From: Edaphobacter aggregans
GTDB lineage: Bacteria; Acidobacteriota; Terriglobia; Terriglobales; Acidobacteriaceae
Direction of reading: 5' to 3'
Assembly: GCF_003945235.1 (NCBI RefSeq)
Contig: NZ_RSDW01000001.1
Span: 3,150,001 to 3,182,000 of the forward strand
Length of the DNA stretch: 32,000 bases
Below, piece after piece: positions 17,320-25,842 of the stretch. The notes under the pieces were generated by a model. That model was not told the DNA's origin. It did no database searches and saw nothing but the letters and a program-made list of their open reading frames with translations. How positions within the stretch are numbered: the first letter of the stretch is position 1; each line of letters starts with the position of its first letter. The position numbers were made by a program, and so were the translations under genes.

Positions 17320-18648
17320 ATGTCATCTGGACACGAACATAACGGGCACCACGACAGCCACCACGGGCCGAAGACCTTGCCTGCGTCGCTGGCTGCGCCG
17401 GAGATTGTCTCGGCCTGGCGAACGAAGGCGCTGATCGTCGCCGTGGTCGCTGCTTTGCTGTCGCTGGCCTTTGCCTTCACGTCTCAAGGCAGGCATCACA
17501 TGCTCCGCGCCTACCTGCTGGGCTACATGATCGCCTTCGGCTTCGCTGCCGGCGGCCTCGGACTGCTGATGCTGCAGCATGTCTCGGGCGGCAAGTGGGG
17601 CCTGCTGCTGCGCCGTCCGCTGGAGGCGATGTCCCGCACGTTGTGGCTGGTGGCAGCGATGTTTCTGCCGATCGCCTTCTTCATGAAGAAGCTGTATCTT
17701 TGGGCGGCATTTACGACCCCCGAAGAAACCGCCAAGGGTCTGGCCAGCGGTGCCATCTCGGCGGCCCAGGCGCATGCGCTCGACTTCAAGCGTCCCATGC
17801 TGAACCCGGCCAGCGTTCTGCTGTTGACTGCGTTCGTCTACCTTGTTCTGGGGACATTCGCTTACTTCGTCAACAAGTGGTCGCTCGAGCGCGATGCCGA
17901 TCCGGCAGCCGGAACACAGGCCAGCTTCGACCGGTGGCGTGTCAAGCTTGAGAACATCAGCGGTCCAGGCGTCCTGATCTACGTGATCATGCTCACAATC
18001 GGCTGTATATCGTGGATCATGTCGCTCGATGTGACCTGGTACTCGTCGGTTTGGGGCCTGAAGTTCCTGGTCGGCCAGGGCTACGGCGTGCTTGCCCTCG
18101 GCGTCCTCACGGTCATCCTGCTCTCGCGGTATGAGCCCATCAAGACCATCATGCGCACGACTGAGCAGCACGATCTGGGCAAGTTCATGCTTGCATTCGT
18201 CATGCTGAACATCTACCTGACCTTCGCTGAGTTCCTGATCATCTGGTCGGCCAACTCGCCGGAAGAGATTCCGTGGTATCTCAACCGCATCCGCGGTGGC
18301 TGGTGGATTATCTGCTCGTTGAACTTCATCTGCCACTGGCTGATCCCGTTCTGTCTGTTGCTGTCGCGCGATCTGAAGCGCAACAAGAAGAAGATGATCT
18401 GGCTGACTTGCTTCATGATCTTCGCTCGCTGTGTGGATATGTTCTGGCTCATCGAGCCCGGCTTCCCGGATGCGCACTGGAACTTCCGCATCATCGGCAA
18501 CCTCAGCATTCTTGCTTACATCACCGTTCCGATCGCCGTGCTCGGCGTGTGGACGGCTTATTACCTGACGCAGCTCAAGGCGCGGCCATTGGTCAACGTG
18601 AACGATCCGCACCTCGAGGAGATTCTGGAGCCCGAACATGCCCACTAA
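17320..18648 (+). CDS. actF: Alternative complex III subunit ActF (second NrfD-like membrane subunit)
   Basis: Polytopic membrane protein (...LGLLMLQHVSGGKWGLLLRRPLEA...) in the actF position. The ORF track starts at TTG 17311. I prefer ATG 17320, which lies 10-11 nt downstream of GAAGG. Confidence 0.8.
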   Translation: MSSGHEHNGHHDSHHGPKTLPASLAAPEIVSAWRTKALIVAVVAALLSLAFAFTSQGRHHMLRAYLLGYMIAFGFAAGGLGLLMLQHVSGGKWGLLLRRPLEAMSRTLWLVAAMFLPIAFFMKKLYLWAAFTTPEETAKGLASGAISAAQAHALDFKRPMLNPASVLLLTAFVYLVLGTFAYFVNKWSLERDADPAAGTQASFDRWRVKLENISGPGVLIYVIMLTIGCISWIMSLDVTWYSSVWGLKFLVGQGYGVLALGVLTVILLSRYEPIKTIMRTTEQHDLGKFMLAFVMLNIYLTFAEFLIIWSANSPEEIPWYLNRIRGGWWIICSLNFICHWLIPFCLLLSRDLKRNKKKMIWLTCFMIFARCVDMFWLIEPGFPDAHWNFRIIGNLSILAYITVPIAVLGVWTAYYLTQLKARPLVNVNDPHLEEILEPEHAH

Positions 18649-19309
18649 CGACCACGATCTGAATCAGCCGCACCGCAAGAAGTACACCCGTAGCTCGGAG
18701 ACCCCGGGCTACGAGACGACTGACGTCAATGTTGGCGGCGTCGTGGTCTTCCTGGCGGGACTGATGGGCTTCCTCGTTGTCTTTTTCGTCTTCTGCTATG
18801 TGATGGGCAAGGTCATCAACGGCCAGTTGCAGGAGGCTGACGGCCGGGCTGACAAGTGGCACCAGGCTGCAGCCGCGAATAATGGCAAGCGCCAAGACCT
18901 GGCCAGCAATCCGGAGATGGAACAGAAAGAGCTAAACCGGTTGACCACCAGTTTCCCTGAGCCCCGCCTGGATATCGACGATGGCAACCAGGCGACAGCT
19001 GATCTGCATGCGCGCGAGGACCTGCTGCTGGATCACTATAGCGTCTCTCCGGCAGAGGGGCAGGCCATTCGGATTCCCATCGAACGTGCCATGGAGCTGA
19101 TTGCGCAGCGTGGTCTGCTTGTGTTTACTCAGCCAGCTACGGCAGCACCGCTCATGGTTGGTGATGCGAGACCCGAGGTCCAGGCCCCCCTAACGACAGG
19201 GTTTGCCCGCACCGGATACGAGCTCGATACGATCGAAGCACGCGAACAGAAGATGGATTTCAATAGAGCGGAGAGCGCGGCGCACGCAGAGTTGACACCC
19301 GCAAAGTAA
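18638..19309 (+). CDS. Uncharacterised single-pass membrane protein, translationally coupled to actF (possible lineage-specific ACIII/oxidase accessory subunit)
   Basis: 223 aa. GGAG lies 7 nt upstream of the ATG, and the ATG overlaps the last 11 nt of actF. There is one TM helix (VGGVVVFLAGLMGFLVVFFVFCYVMG) and then a ~165-aa soluble domain (FPEPRLDIDDGNQATADLHAREDLLLDHY...IRIPIERAMELIAQRGL). Codon usage matches its neighbours. I recognise no family. Confidence 0.6.
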   Translation: MPTNDHDLNQPHRKKYTRSSETPGYETTDVNVGGVVVFLAGLMGFLVVFFVFCYVMGKVINGQLQEADGRADKWHQAAAANNGKRQDLASNPEMEQKELNRLTTSFPEPRLDIDDGNQATADLHAREDLLLDHYSVSPAEGQAIRIPIERAMELIAQRGLLVFTQPATAAPLMVGDARPEVQAPLTTGFARTGYELDTIEAREQKMDFNRAESAAHAELTPAK

Positions 19310-19341
19310 CGGAAGACATAGAGAACTAGAAGAGAGAAGAC

Positions 19342-20241
19342 ATGAAGAACTGGCGGACAATTCGAGGCGGTTGGCAGGCGGCGACTCTTTGCTGCGCTCT
19401 GCTGTGTGCGCCCACGTTCGCGCAAGTCTCAAGCTACGGCGACAAGCAAACCGGCGATAACGCAGGAGACCAGCTTCCGCAGGTATTGCAGCGCGTCGGC
19501 GTGGCGCAGCGTCTCAATCAGCCTCTGCCGCTCGATGCTGCCTTTGTCGATGAGACGGGCAAGGCAGTCAAGCTTGGAGATTACTTCGGCAAGCATCCCG
19601 CCATCGTCTCACTGGTCTACTACACCTGCCCAATGCTCTGCTCCGAGGAGCTGGACGGTCTGACCGGAGCCCTCTCGATGGTGCATCTGACGCCGGGCAA
19701 GGACTTCGATGTCGTTGTCATCAGCATCGACCCGAGCGACACGCCTGAACAGGCCGCGAAGAAGAAGGCCTTCTATCTAAAGCGGTACGGCCGCCCAGAG
19801 ACTGCCTCTGGCTGGCACTTCCTCACGGGGCAGCGTCCGGCGATTGACGCAGCTACCAATGCAATCGGCTTCGGTTATGTTCGCGTTCCCGGCCCTGACG
19901 GAAAGCTTTCGCAGTTCGCCCATGCCAGCTCGATCGAGATCGCAACGACCGACGGCAAGATTGCACAGTACTACCTCGGCGTCGAGTATTCGCCCAAAGA
20001 CATGATGCTTGGGTTGATCGAGGCGTCGGGCAACAAGATTGGTTCTCCTGTCGCGAACATTCTCACCTACTGCTACCACTATGATCCCCAGACGAACAAG
20101 CACTCGCTGATTGTCGCGCGCGTTGTGCAGGTCGGCGGAATGATCACCATGGCAGGGCTGGGTGGATTCATCTTTTTGATGTTCCGAAGAGATTTGAAGC
20201 TCGGGCGCGACCACGACTTGACCAAGAAAGAGAATGGATAA
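19342..20241 (+). CDS. sco: SCO1/SenC family copper chaperone (thioredoxin fold) with C-terminal TM helix
   Basis: 299 aa. N-terminal signal, CxxxC copper motif in VYYTCPMLCSEELDG, and a conserved downstream His (FAHASSIEI). C-terminal helix VVQVGGMITMAGLGGFIFLMF. It sits immediately upstream of the oxidase genes. Confidence 0.85.
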   Translation: MKNWRTIRGGWQAATLCCALLCAPTFAQVSSYGDKQTGDNAGDQLPQVLQRVGVAQRLNQPLPLDAAFVDETGKAVKLGDYFGKHPAIVSLVYYTCPMLCSEELDGLTGALSMVHLTPGKDFDVVVISIDPSDTPEQAAKKKAFYLKRYGRPETASGWHFLTGQRPAIDAATNAIGFGYVRVPGPDGKLSQFAHASSIEIATTDGKIAQYYLGVEYSPKDMMLGLIEASGNKIGSPVANILTYCYHYDPQTNKHSLIVARVVQVGGMITMAGLGGFIFLMFRRDLKLGRDHDLTKKENG

Positions 20242-20250
20242 AGGGTAACG

Positions 20251-21294
20251 ATGCATATCAGTCCAGTACTGTGGCAATTTCTAGTGAAGTGGCTCAACGC
20301 TTCGGCGCTCTTTCCGCGCGAGGCATCGACCATTGCGCCCTACACAGACGCGCTCTACTTCTTCCTGCTATTGATTACGGTGGTCGGCCTCATCGTCGTC
20401 GGAACCCTCATCTTTGGCTTCGCGCTGCGCTACCGCAAAGAGCGTCACCCGGTGGCCGTTCCGATCGAAGGCTCGACGCTGCTCGAGGCGACGTGGACCA
20501 TCATCCCGCTCGCTCTCTTTCTCATCGTCTTCGTGTGGGGCGCGCTGCTCTACTTCCGCATCTACACTCCGCCAGTCAACTCCATGAACATTTACGTCGT
20601 GGGTAAGCAGTGGATGTGGAAGGCGGAGCATCCGGGCGGCCAGCACGAGATTAACGCACTGCACGTCCCCACTGGCCGGCCGATTCAGTTGACCATGATC
20701 TCGCAGGACGTCTTCCACAGCTTCTCGATCCCCGACTTTCGCGTGAAGCGCGAGGTTATTCCGGGCCGCTACTCGACGGTCTGGTTCCAGGCGACGACGC
20801 CGGGCACGTATCACATCTTCTGCACGCAATACTGCGGAACGAACCACTCGGCGATGATTGGCGAGGTCACAGTCCTCAGCCCCGAAGATTACGAGAAGTG
20901 GACGCGTGAATCCACGAGCGGTATGTCGCTGGCCCAGAACGGCGAGCGGCTCTTCGCCAGCATGGGCTGCAACGCCTGCCACTCCGGCGCCGCAACAGCA
21001 CGCGGCCCAAATCTGGCTGGAGTTTACGGCTCCAGGCTGAAGCTGACTAGCGGCTCCGAGGTGTTGGTGAATGAGGCGTATCTCCGCGATGCGATTCTCA
21101 ATCCATCGCAGCACATCACGGCGGGCTATGCGCCGATCATGCCAACCTATCAGGGACAGATCAGTGAAGATGGCCTGATCGACCTGGTCGAGTACATTAA
21201 GGGTCTCCAAACCAACTACCGTGTTCAGCAAACGCTGACCACATCCGAGTCGAACCAAGCGGCGCCGACAACGCCGGGGGCGGTAAAACCATGA
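20251..21294 (+). CDS. ctaC: Cytochrome c oxidase subunit II with fused C-terminal cytochrome c domain (caa3 type)
   Basis: 347 aa with two N-terminal TM helices. CuA site HSFSIPDF ... [12 protein letters not shown] (C-x3-C-x3-H-x2-M). C-terminal class I cytochrome c domain with CNACHS and a distal Met in PIMPTY. Confidence 0.9.
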   Translation: MHISPVLWQFLVKWLNASALFPREASTIAPYTDALYFFLLLITVVGLIVVGTLIFGFALRYRKERHPVAVPIEGSTLLEATWTIIPLALFLIVFVWGALLYFRIYTPPVNSMNIYVVGKQWMWKAEHPGGQHEINALHVPTGRPIQLTMISQDVFHSFSIPDFRVKREVIPGRYSTVWFQATTPGTYHIFCTQYCGTNHSAMIGEVTVLSPEDYEKWTRESTSGMSLAQNGERLFASMGCNACHSGAATARGPNLAGVYGSRLKLTSGSEVLVNEAYLRDAILNPSQHITAGYAPIMPTYQGQISEDGLIDLVEYIKGLQTNYRVQQTLTTSESNQAAPTTPGAVKP

Positions 21295-22964
21295 GCGCTA
21301 CCAATTCCACAATCCTGAATCTGCCAGATCAGAAGACGGCCACGCTTCCGAAGCGTAATTACATCAACGCTGAGGACGGACTGCTGAGCTGGTTGTTCAC
21401 CGGCGACCACAAACGCATCGGGATGCTGTACCTGATCTCGATCACGTTCTTCTTCTTCATCGGCGGCGCCTTTGCCGGCCTCATCCGCCTCGAGTTGCTG
21501 ACGCCGCAGCCGGACCTCGTCGCGTCTGACACGTACAACAAGCTGTTCTCGATGCACGGCATCATCATGGTCTTCCTGTTTCTGGTGCCATCGGTGCCCG
21601 CAACGATCGGAAACTTCCTGATCCCGATCATGATCGGTGCAAAGGACCTGGCATTTCCGAAGATCAACCTGCTGAGCTGGTATCTGTACTGGATTGGCGG
21701 CCTCTTCACGCTGACGGCTATGGTTCTCGGAGGCGTCGACACGGGCTGGACCTTCACGACTCCACTCTCGACCCACTACCTGAACACTCACGTGGTCACG
21801 GCAGGTCTGGGCGTCTTCATCATCGGCTTCTCGTCCATCTTCACCGGCCTCAACTTCATCGTTACGATTCACCGCATGCGCGCTCCTGGAATGACCTGGT
21901 TCCGTATGCCGCTGTTTGTGTGGTCAAACTATGCGGCGTCCATCTTGATGGTGCTAGGCACGCCGGTTCTGGCCATCACGCTCGTTCTCGTGGTGTTGGA
22001 GCGCACGATCGGCATCGGAGTCTTCGACCCAACCAAGGGCGGCGACCCGCTGCTCTTCCAGCATCTCTTCTGGTTTTACTCCCACCCGGCCGTCTACATC
22101 ATGATTCTTCCGGGTATGGGCGTGATCTCCGAGGTCATCAGCACCTTCAGCCGCAAGCGGGTCTTCGGCTATACGGCGGTCGCGTTCTCTTCGGTGGCCA
22201 TCGCGCTGTTCGGCTTCTTCGTATGGGCGCACCATATGTTCATCATGGGTGTCTCGAACTACTCGGCGCTGGTCTTCTCACTACTGACGATGCTTGTTGC
22301 CGTCCCGTCCGCCATCAAAACCTTCAACTGGGCGTTCACCCTGCAGAAGGGCTCCATCACCTTCGAGACGCCGATGCTCTACGCGTTCGGCTTCCTCGGG
22401 TTGTTCACCATCGGCGGCATGACGGGCGTCTTCCTCGGCGCCCTTGGCATGGACATCCACCTCACCGAGACCTACTTTATCGTGGCGCATTTCCACTTTG
22501 TGATGGTCGGCGGTATGTTGATGGCGTTCCTCGCAGGAGTGCACTTCTGGTGGCCCAAGATGACTGGCCGCATGTATCCGGAGTCGCTCTCGAAGCTGGC
22601 CGCTGTAACGACGTTCATCGGCTTTAACCTGACCTTCCTGCCGCAGTTCATTCTCGGCTATCTCGGAATGCCACGGCGCTATCACTCCTATCCGCCGGAA
22701 TTCCAAGTGCTGAATGTGCTCTCGACTGCGGGCGCGACGGTGCTCGGCGTTGGCTACATGCTGCCGCTGCTGTATCTAGCCTGGTCGCTGAAGTACGGTG
22801 AGATCGCCGGTAACAATCCTTGGCAGGCGACCGGCCTCGAGTGGCAGATTCAATCGCCGCCGCTGACGGAAAACTTTATCGAGGTCCCCATCATGGATCA
22901 TGAAGCGTATGACTACGAATGGCTGGCCCACAAGACGGAACAAGAGGTGACGACCGTTGGATAA
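21291..22964 (+). CDS. ctaD: Cytochrome c oxidase subunit I (haem-copper oxidase, A2 subtype)
   Basis: 557 aa. Motifs present: [26 protein letters not shown] (CuB His pair) and [11 protein letters not shown] (haem ligands). ATGA overlap with ctaC. YSHPAV replaces GHPEV (see findings). Confidence 0.95.
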   Translation: MSATNSTILNLPDQKTATLPKRNYINAEDGLLSWLFTGDHKRIGMLYLISITFFFFIGGAFAGLIRLELLTPQPDLVASDTYNKLFSMHGIIMVFLFLVPSVPATIGNFLIPIMIGAKDLAFPKINLLSWYLYWIGGLFTLTAMVLGGVDTGWTFTTPLSTHYLNTHVVTAGLGVFIIGFSSIFTGLNFIVTIHRMRAPGMTWFRMPLFVWSNYAASILMVLGTPVLAITLVLVVLERTIGIGVFDPTKGGDPLLFQHLFWFYSHPAVYIMILPGMGVISEVISTFSRKRVFGYTAVAFSSVAIALFGFFVWAHHMFIMGVSNYSALVFSLLTMLVAVPSAIKTFNWAFTLQKGSITFETPMLYAFGFLGLFTIGGMTGVFLGALGMDIHLTETYFIVAHFHFVMVGGMLMAFLAGVHFWWPKMTGRMYPESLSKLAAVTTFIGFNLTFLPQFILGYLGMPRRYHSYPPEFQVLNVLSTAGATVLGVGYMLPLLYLAWSLKYGEIAGNNPWQATGLEWQIQSPPLTENFIEVPIMDHEAYDYEWLAHKTEQEVTTVG

Positions 22965-23718
22965 CACGATCGTAGCAACACATCACGACACGGCAGCAGA
23001 AGATCATCACGCCGCACTGCCGCAGCACCGTCATCACTTCGAGACGCCGGAGCAGCAGCGCGAAGCCGGAACCTTCGGCATGTGGCTCTTCCTGCTGACC
23101 GAAATCATGTTCTTCGGCGGCCTGTTCTTCGCCTACCTGCTCTACCGCAACTGGTATCACGACGCCTTTGTCGTGGCTTCCAACCAGCTCAGTATTCCGC
23201 TGGGAGCAACGAATACTGCGGTCCTCATTGGCTCCGGCTTCTTCATGGCGCTGGGGGTCTGGGCGGCTGAAGTGCGCAAGAAGGGCTTGCTCGTTCTCTT
23301 CCTGATTCTCACCACGTTGCTGGGACTCGTCTTCCTTGGTGTGAAGTATTTTGAGTACAAGGAAAAGTGGGAGAAGCATCACATCCCCGGCGAACACTTC
23401 GACATCTCGGAGTTCGTCAATCCTCCGATCAACCCCAAGACGGGCAGACCGACCGAGCAGCCTTTGCCTCCTGATGTGGCACAGAAGACACAGGTCTTCT
23501 TCTCGCTGTACTTCGCCATGACCGGCATGCACGCGTTACACATGATCATCGGCATCGGCCTTCTTATCTGGCTCATACGGCGATCTCAGCGGGGCGACTT
23601 CTCCGCAGGGTACGTCGCACCGATAGAAAACTTCGGCCTGTACTGGCACTTTGTCGATATCGTCTGGTTGTTCCTGTTCCCCTTGCTGTACCTCATCAAC
23701 CGGCACCCCGGCTCGTAG
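22957..23718 (+). CDS. ctaE: Cytochrome c oxidase subunit III
   Basis: 253 aa. [32 protein letters not shown] is the typical subunit III N-terminus. TTG start at 22957, preceded by GAGGTGA at 6-nt spacing. It overlaps the ctaD stop by 8 nt. Confidence 0.9.
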   Translation: MDNTIVATHHDTAAEDHHAALPQHRHHFETPEQQREAGTFGMWLFLLTEIMFFGGLFFAYLLYRNWYHDAFVVASNQLSIPLGATNTAVLIGSGFFMALGVWAAEVRKKGLLVLFLILTTLLGLVFLGVKYFEYKEKWEKHHIPGEHFDISEFVNPPINPKTGRPTEQPLPPDVAQKTQVFFSLYFAMTGMHALHMIIGIGLLIWLIRRSQRGDFSAGYVAPIENFGLYWHFVDIVWLFLFPLLYLINRHPGS

Positions 23719-23739
23719 CCGCGCTCGAAGGAGAAGACC

Positions 23740-24075
23740 ATGTCCGAATATCACGATCCGGCGAATATAACCAACCCGGAACACGGCGAACATCACATCG
23801 TCACGCCAAAGACCTACTCTCTGGTCTTCGTGTCACTACTGATCGGTACAGCCATCACGGTCGGTGCGGCATATATCGATCTTGGTATTTTCAATCCGGT
23901 CGTTGCTCTTGCTATCGCCTGCACCAAGGCTGTTATTGTCATCCTCTTCTTCATGCACGTCTTCTTTCAGTCGAAGCTGATCAAGATGACCGTGGCAGCC
24001 GGATTCTTTACCTTTCTCGTTCTCATCATCATGACCCTCAGCGACTACATGAGCCGCGCGTGGGGCCTCTGGTAA
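23740..24075 (+). CDS. ctaF: Cytochrome c oxidase subunit IV (prokaryotic COX4_pro type)
   Basis: 111 aa with 3 TM helices. HHIVTPKTYSLVFVSLLIGTAITV ... KAVIVILFFMHV is typical of the small bacterial subunit IV. GAAGGAGAAG SD lies upstream. Confidence 0.8.
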   Translation: MSEYHDPANITNPEHGEHHIVTPKTYSLVFVSLLIGTAITVGAAYIDLGIFNPVVALAIACTKAVIVILFFMHVFFQSKLIKMTVAAGFFTFLVLIIMTLSDYMSRAWGLW

Positions 24076-24100
24076 TCCGAAATCTTCGTTTTGATAAGAG

Positions 24101-24126
24101 TGCGGCCCTCGGGTCGCATTTTTGTT
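24101..24126 (+). terminator. Rho-independent terminator closing the act-sco-cta cluster
   Basis: TGCGGCC (24101-24107) pairs with GGTCGCA (24112-24118), giving 7 bp including one G-U, with a CTCG loop. It is followed directly by TTTTTGTT (24119-24126). It begins 26 nt after the ctaF stop. Confidence 0.7.
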
Positions 24127-24167
24127 GTCGCAAAAACTGCCCAGCGATTCACCCGTACACTGCATCT

Positions 24168-25604
24168 ATGGCTGAGCCGCAGTCCCGGTTACCGCAGGAA
24201 CTTCGCGCACTGGCAGACGATCCTCGAATCACAGTGCGTCGCGATGGGCCGCCCGATCCCAATGGCCAATGCCTCGTCTACTGGATGCAGCGTGCGCAGC
24301 GCGGGATCGACAACCACGCGGTCGATTTGGCTGTGTATATAGCCAATCTGCTGGAACTGCCACTGGTGGTGTACTTTGCAGCGATCTCAAACTTCCCTCA
24401 CGCCAACCTTCGCCACTACGCCTTCCTCAATCAGGGTTTGGTCGACATCGAGCAAGACCTGCAGCAAAGAAACATCACCTTCCTCATGCGGCGAGCCCCG
24501 CGCGAATCGCATGAGCAACTCCTTACCGATGTTCGCGCAGCCTTCCTGATCGGCGATGAGAACCCCCTTCGCGTGCCCGGGCAATGGCGGAACCAGCTCG
24601 CGTCACGCATCTCCATCCCATTCTGGACAGTGGACACAGACGTCGTCGTTCCGTCGAAGCTGATCGAGAAGGCCCAGTACGGTGCCTATACGATCCGGCC
24701 GCGGCTGTATCGTCTGCTGCCCGAGTTTCTCCATCCGTACGAGAATCCACGCGCCAACCATGCATGGAAACGCCCCCACGGCTTCCAGTCCGATGCCGTA
24801 CACGAGGACATCACGCGCGGCTGGAAAGATCTCGACCGCAGCGTCGTCCCCGTTGAAGCATGGCAGGGCGGAACGCACGCCGCGCTAAAACGGCTGAAAC
24901 ACTTCACTGGTAAATTGCTCGGCGAGTATGATGCGAAGCGCAACCATCCCGACATAGACGGCACCTCCTGCCTCTCGCCCTACCTTCACTTCGGACACAT
25001 CGGCCCCATCACCATCGCGCTCGCAGTCGAAGCCGCGGCGAATGCAGATCGAAAGCTGCAGCCTGCACGAGACAGCTACTTCAATGAACTGATCGTCTGG
25101 CGCGAACTCGCCATCAACTTCGTACGCTACACGCCCAACTACGACTTACCCGAATGCGCTGAGGATTGGGCAAAGCAGACCATCGCCAAGCACGCACGTG
25201 ACGAGCGTGAACACCTCTACACATTGCGTCAGCTCGAGGCCGCCCAGACCCGCGACAACCTCTGGAACGCCGGCCAACTCCAGATGGTTCGCTTCGGATG
25301 GATGCACAACCACATCCGCATGTACTGGGCCAAGAAGATCCTCGAGTGGACACCCGACATCGCCACCGCGATGAAGTACTGCATCCACCTCAACGACAAA
25401 TATTTCCTCGACGGCCGCGACCCCAACGGATACGCCGGCATAGCTTGGGCGCTGCTAGGCAAATTTGATCGCGCGTGGGGGGAACGCCCCATCTTTGGCA
25501 AGATTCGCTACATGTCCGGCGCCTCCACCGGAAAAAAATTCGATTCCAAACGTTACATCGAACAGATGGGACTGCTACCCGAACAAGCCACACTGAAATT
25601 TTAG
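24168..25604 (+). CDS. phr: Deoxyribodipyrimidine photolyase, class II (CPD photolyase)
   Basis: 478 aa from ATG 24168 (MAEPQSRLPQELRALADDPRITVRRDG). The listed ORF start at 24060 would overlap ctaF and run through the terminator. Class II hallmarks: SPYLHFGHIGP, ELIVWRELAINF, WNAGQLQMVRFGWMHNHIRMYWAKKILEW and LDGRDPNGYAGIAWALLGKFDRAWGERPIFGKIRYMS. Confidence 0.9.
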   Translation: MAEPQSRLPQELRALADDPRITVRRDGPPDPNGQCLVYWMQRAQRGIDNHAVDLAVYIANLLELPLVVYFAAISNFPHANLRHYAFLNQGLVDIEQDLQQRNITFLMRRAPRESHEQLLTDVRAAFLIGDENPLRVPGQWRNQLASRISIPFWTVDTDVVVPSKLIEKAQYGAYTIRPRLYRLLPEFLHPYENPRANHAWKRPHGFQSDAVHEDITRGWKDLDRSVVPVEAWQGGTHAALKRLKHFTGKLLGEYDAKRNHPDIDGTSCLSPYLHFGHIGPITIALAVEAAANADRKLQPARDSYFNELIVWRELAINFVRYTPNYDLPECAEDWAKQTIAKHARDEREHLYTLRQLEAAQTRDNLWNAGQLQMVRFGWMHNHIRMYWAKKILEWTPDIATAMKYCIHLNDKYFLDGRDPNGYAGIAWALLGKFDRAWGERPIFGKIRYMSGASTGKKFDSKRYIEQMGLLPEQATLKF

Positions 25605-25842
25605 GTAAATACAACTACGGCAATATTGTTGCGCGCTCGCGGCTGATGGTAGATTCAAGAAACGCGCCGCGATTAATTCACTAAAAATATCGCACGCTGC
25701 TAAAGAGAGTCGAAATTCCTGAGAAAACTCTCATCGTTTTCTAGAAATGCCCTAATTTTTGACCAGCTCTAGCGTTGACTCATTGGACATCGGATTGCAT
25801 CACCAGAAAAGCTGGTGTCCGCAGTACTACTGATTTAGCGCT

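Noticed and set aside
17323-18645. 440-aa ORF antisense to actF
   Set aside because: Same reasoning. It is Arg/Asp/Gln-rich, spans exactly the actF body and has no recognisable domain.
20368-21258. 296-aa ORF antisense to ctaC
   Set aside because: It is an Arg/Ala-rich shadow ORF. The sense frame carries the CuA and cytochrome c motifs.
24060-24167. 36-codon N-terminal extension of the photolyase ORF
   Set aside because: It would overlap ctaF and read through the intrinsic terminator hairpin and T-tract. ATG 24168 gives a typical class II photolyase N-terminus.
25759-25780. Two -35-like hexamers (TTGACC, TTGACT) upstream of the giant gene as a sigma-70 promoter
   Set aside because: There is no acceptable -10 hexamer at 16-18 bp spacing (ATTGGA, CATCAC). 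I note them in a finding but do not call a promoter.
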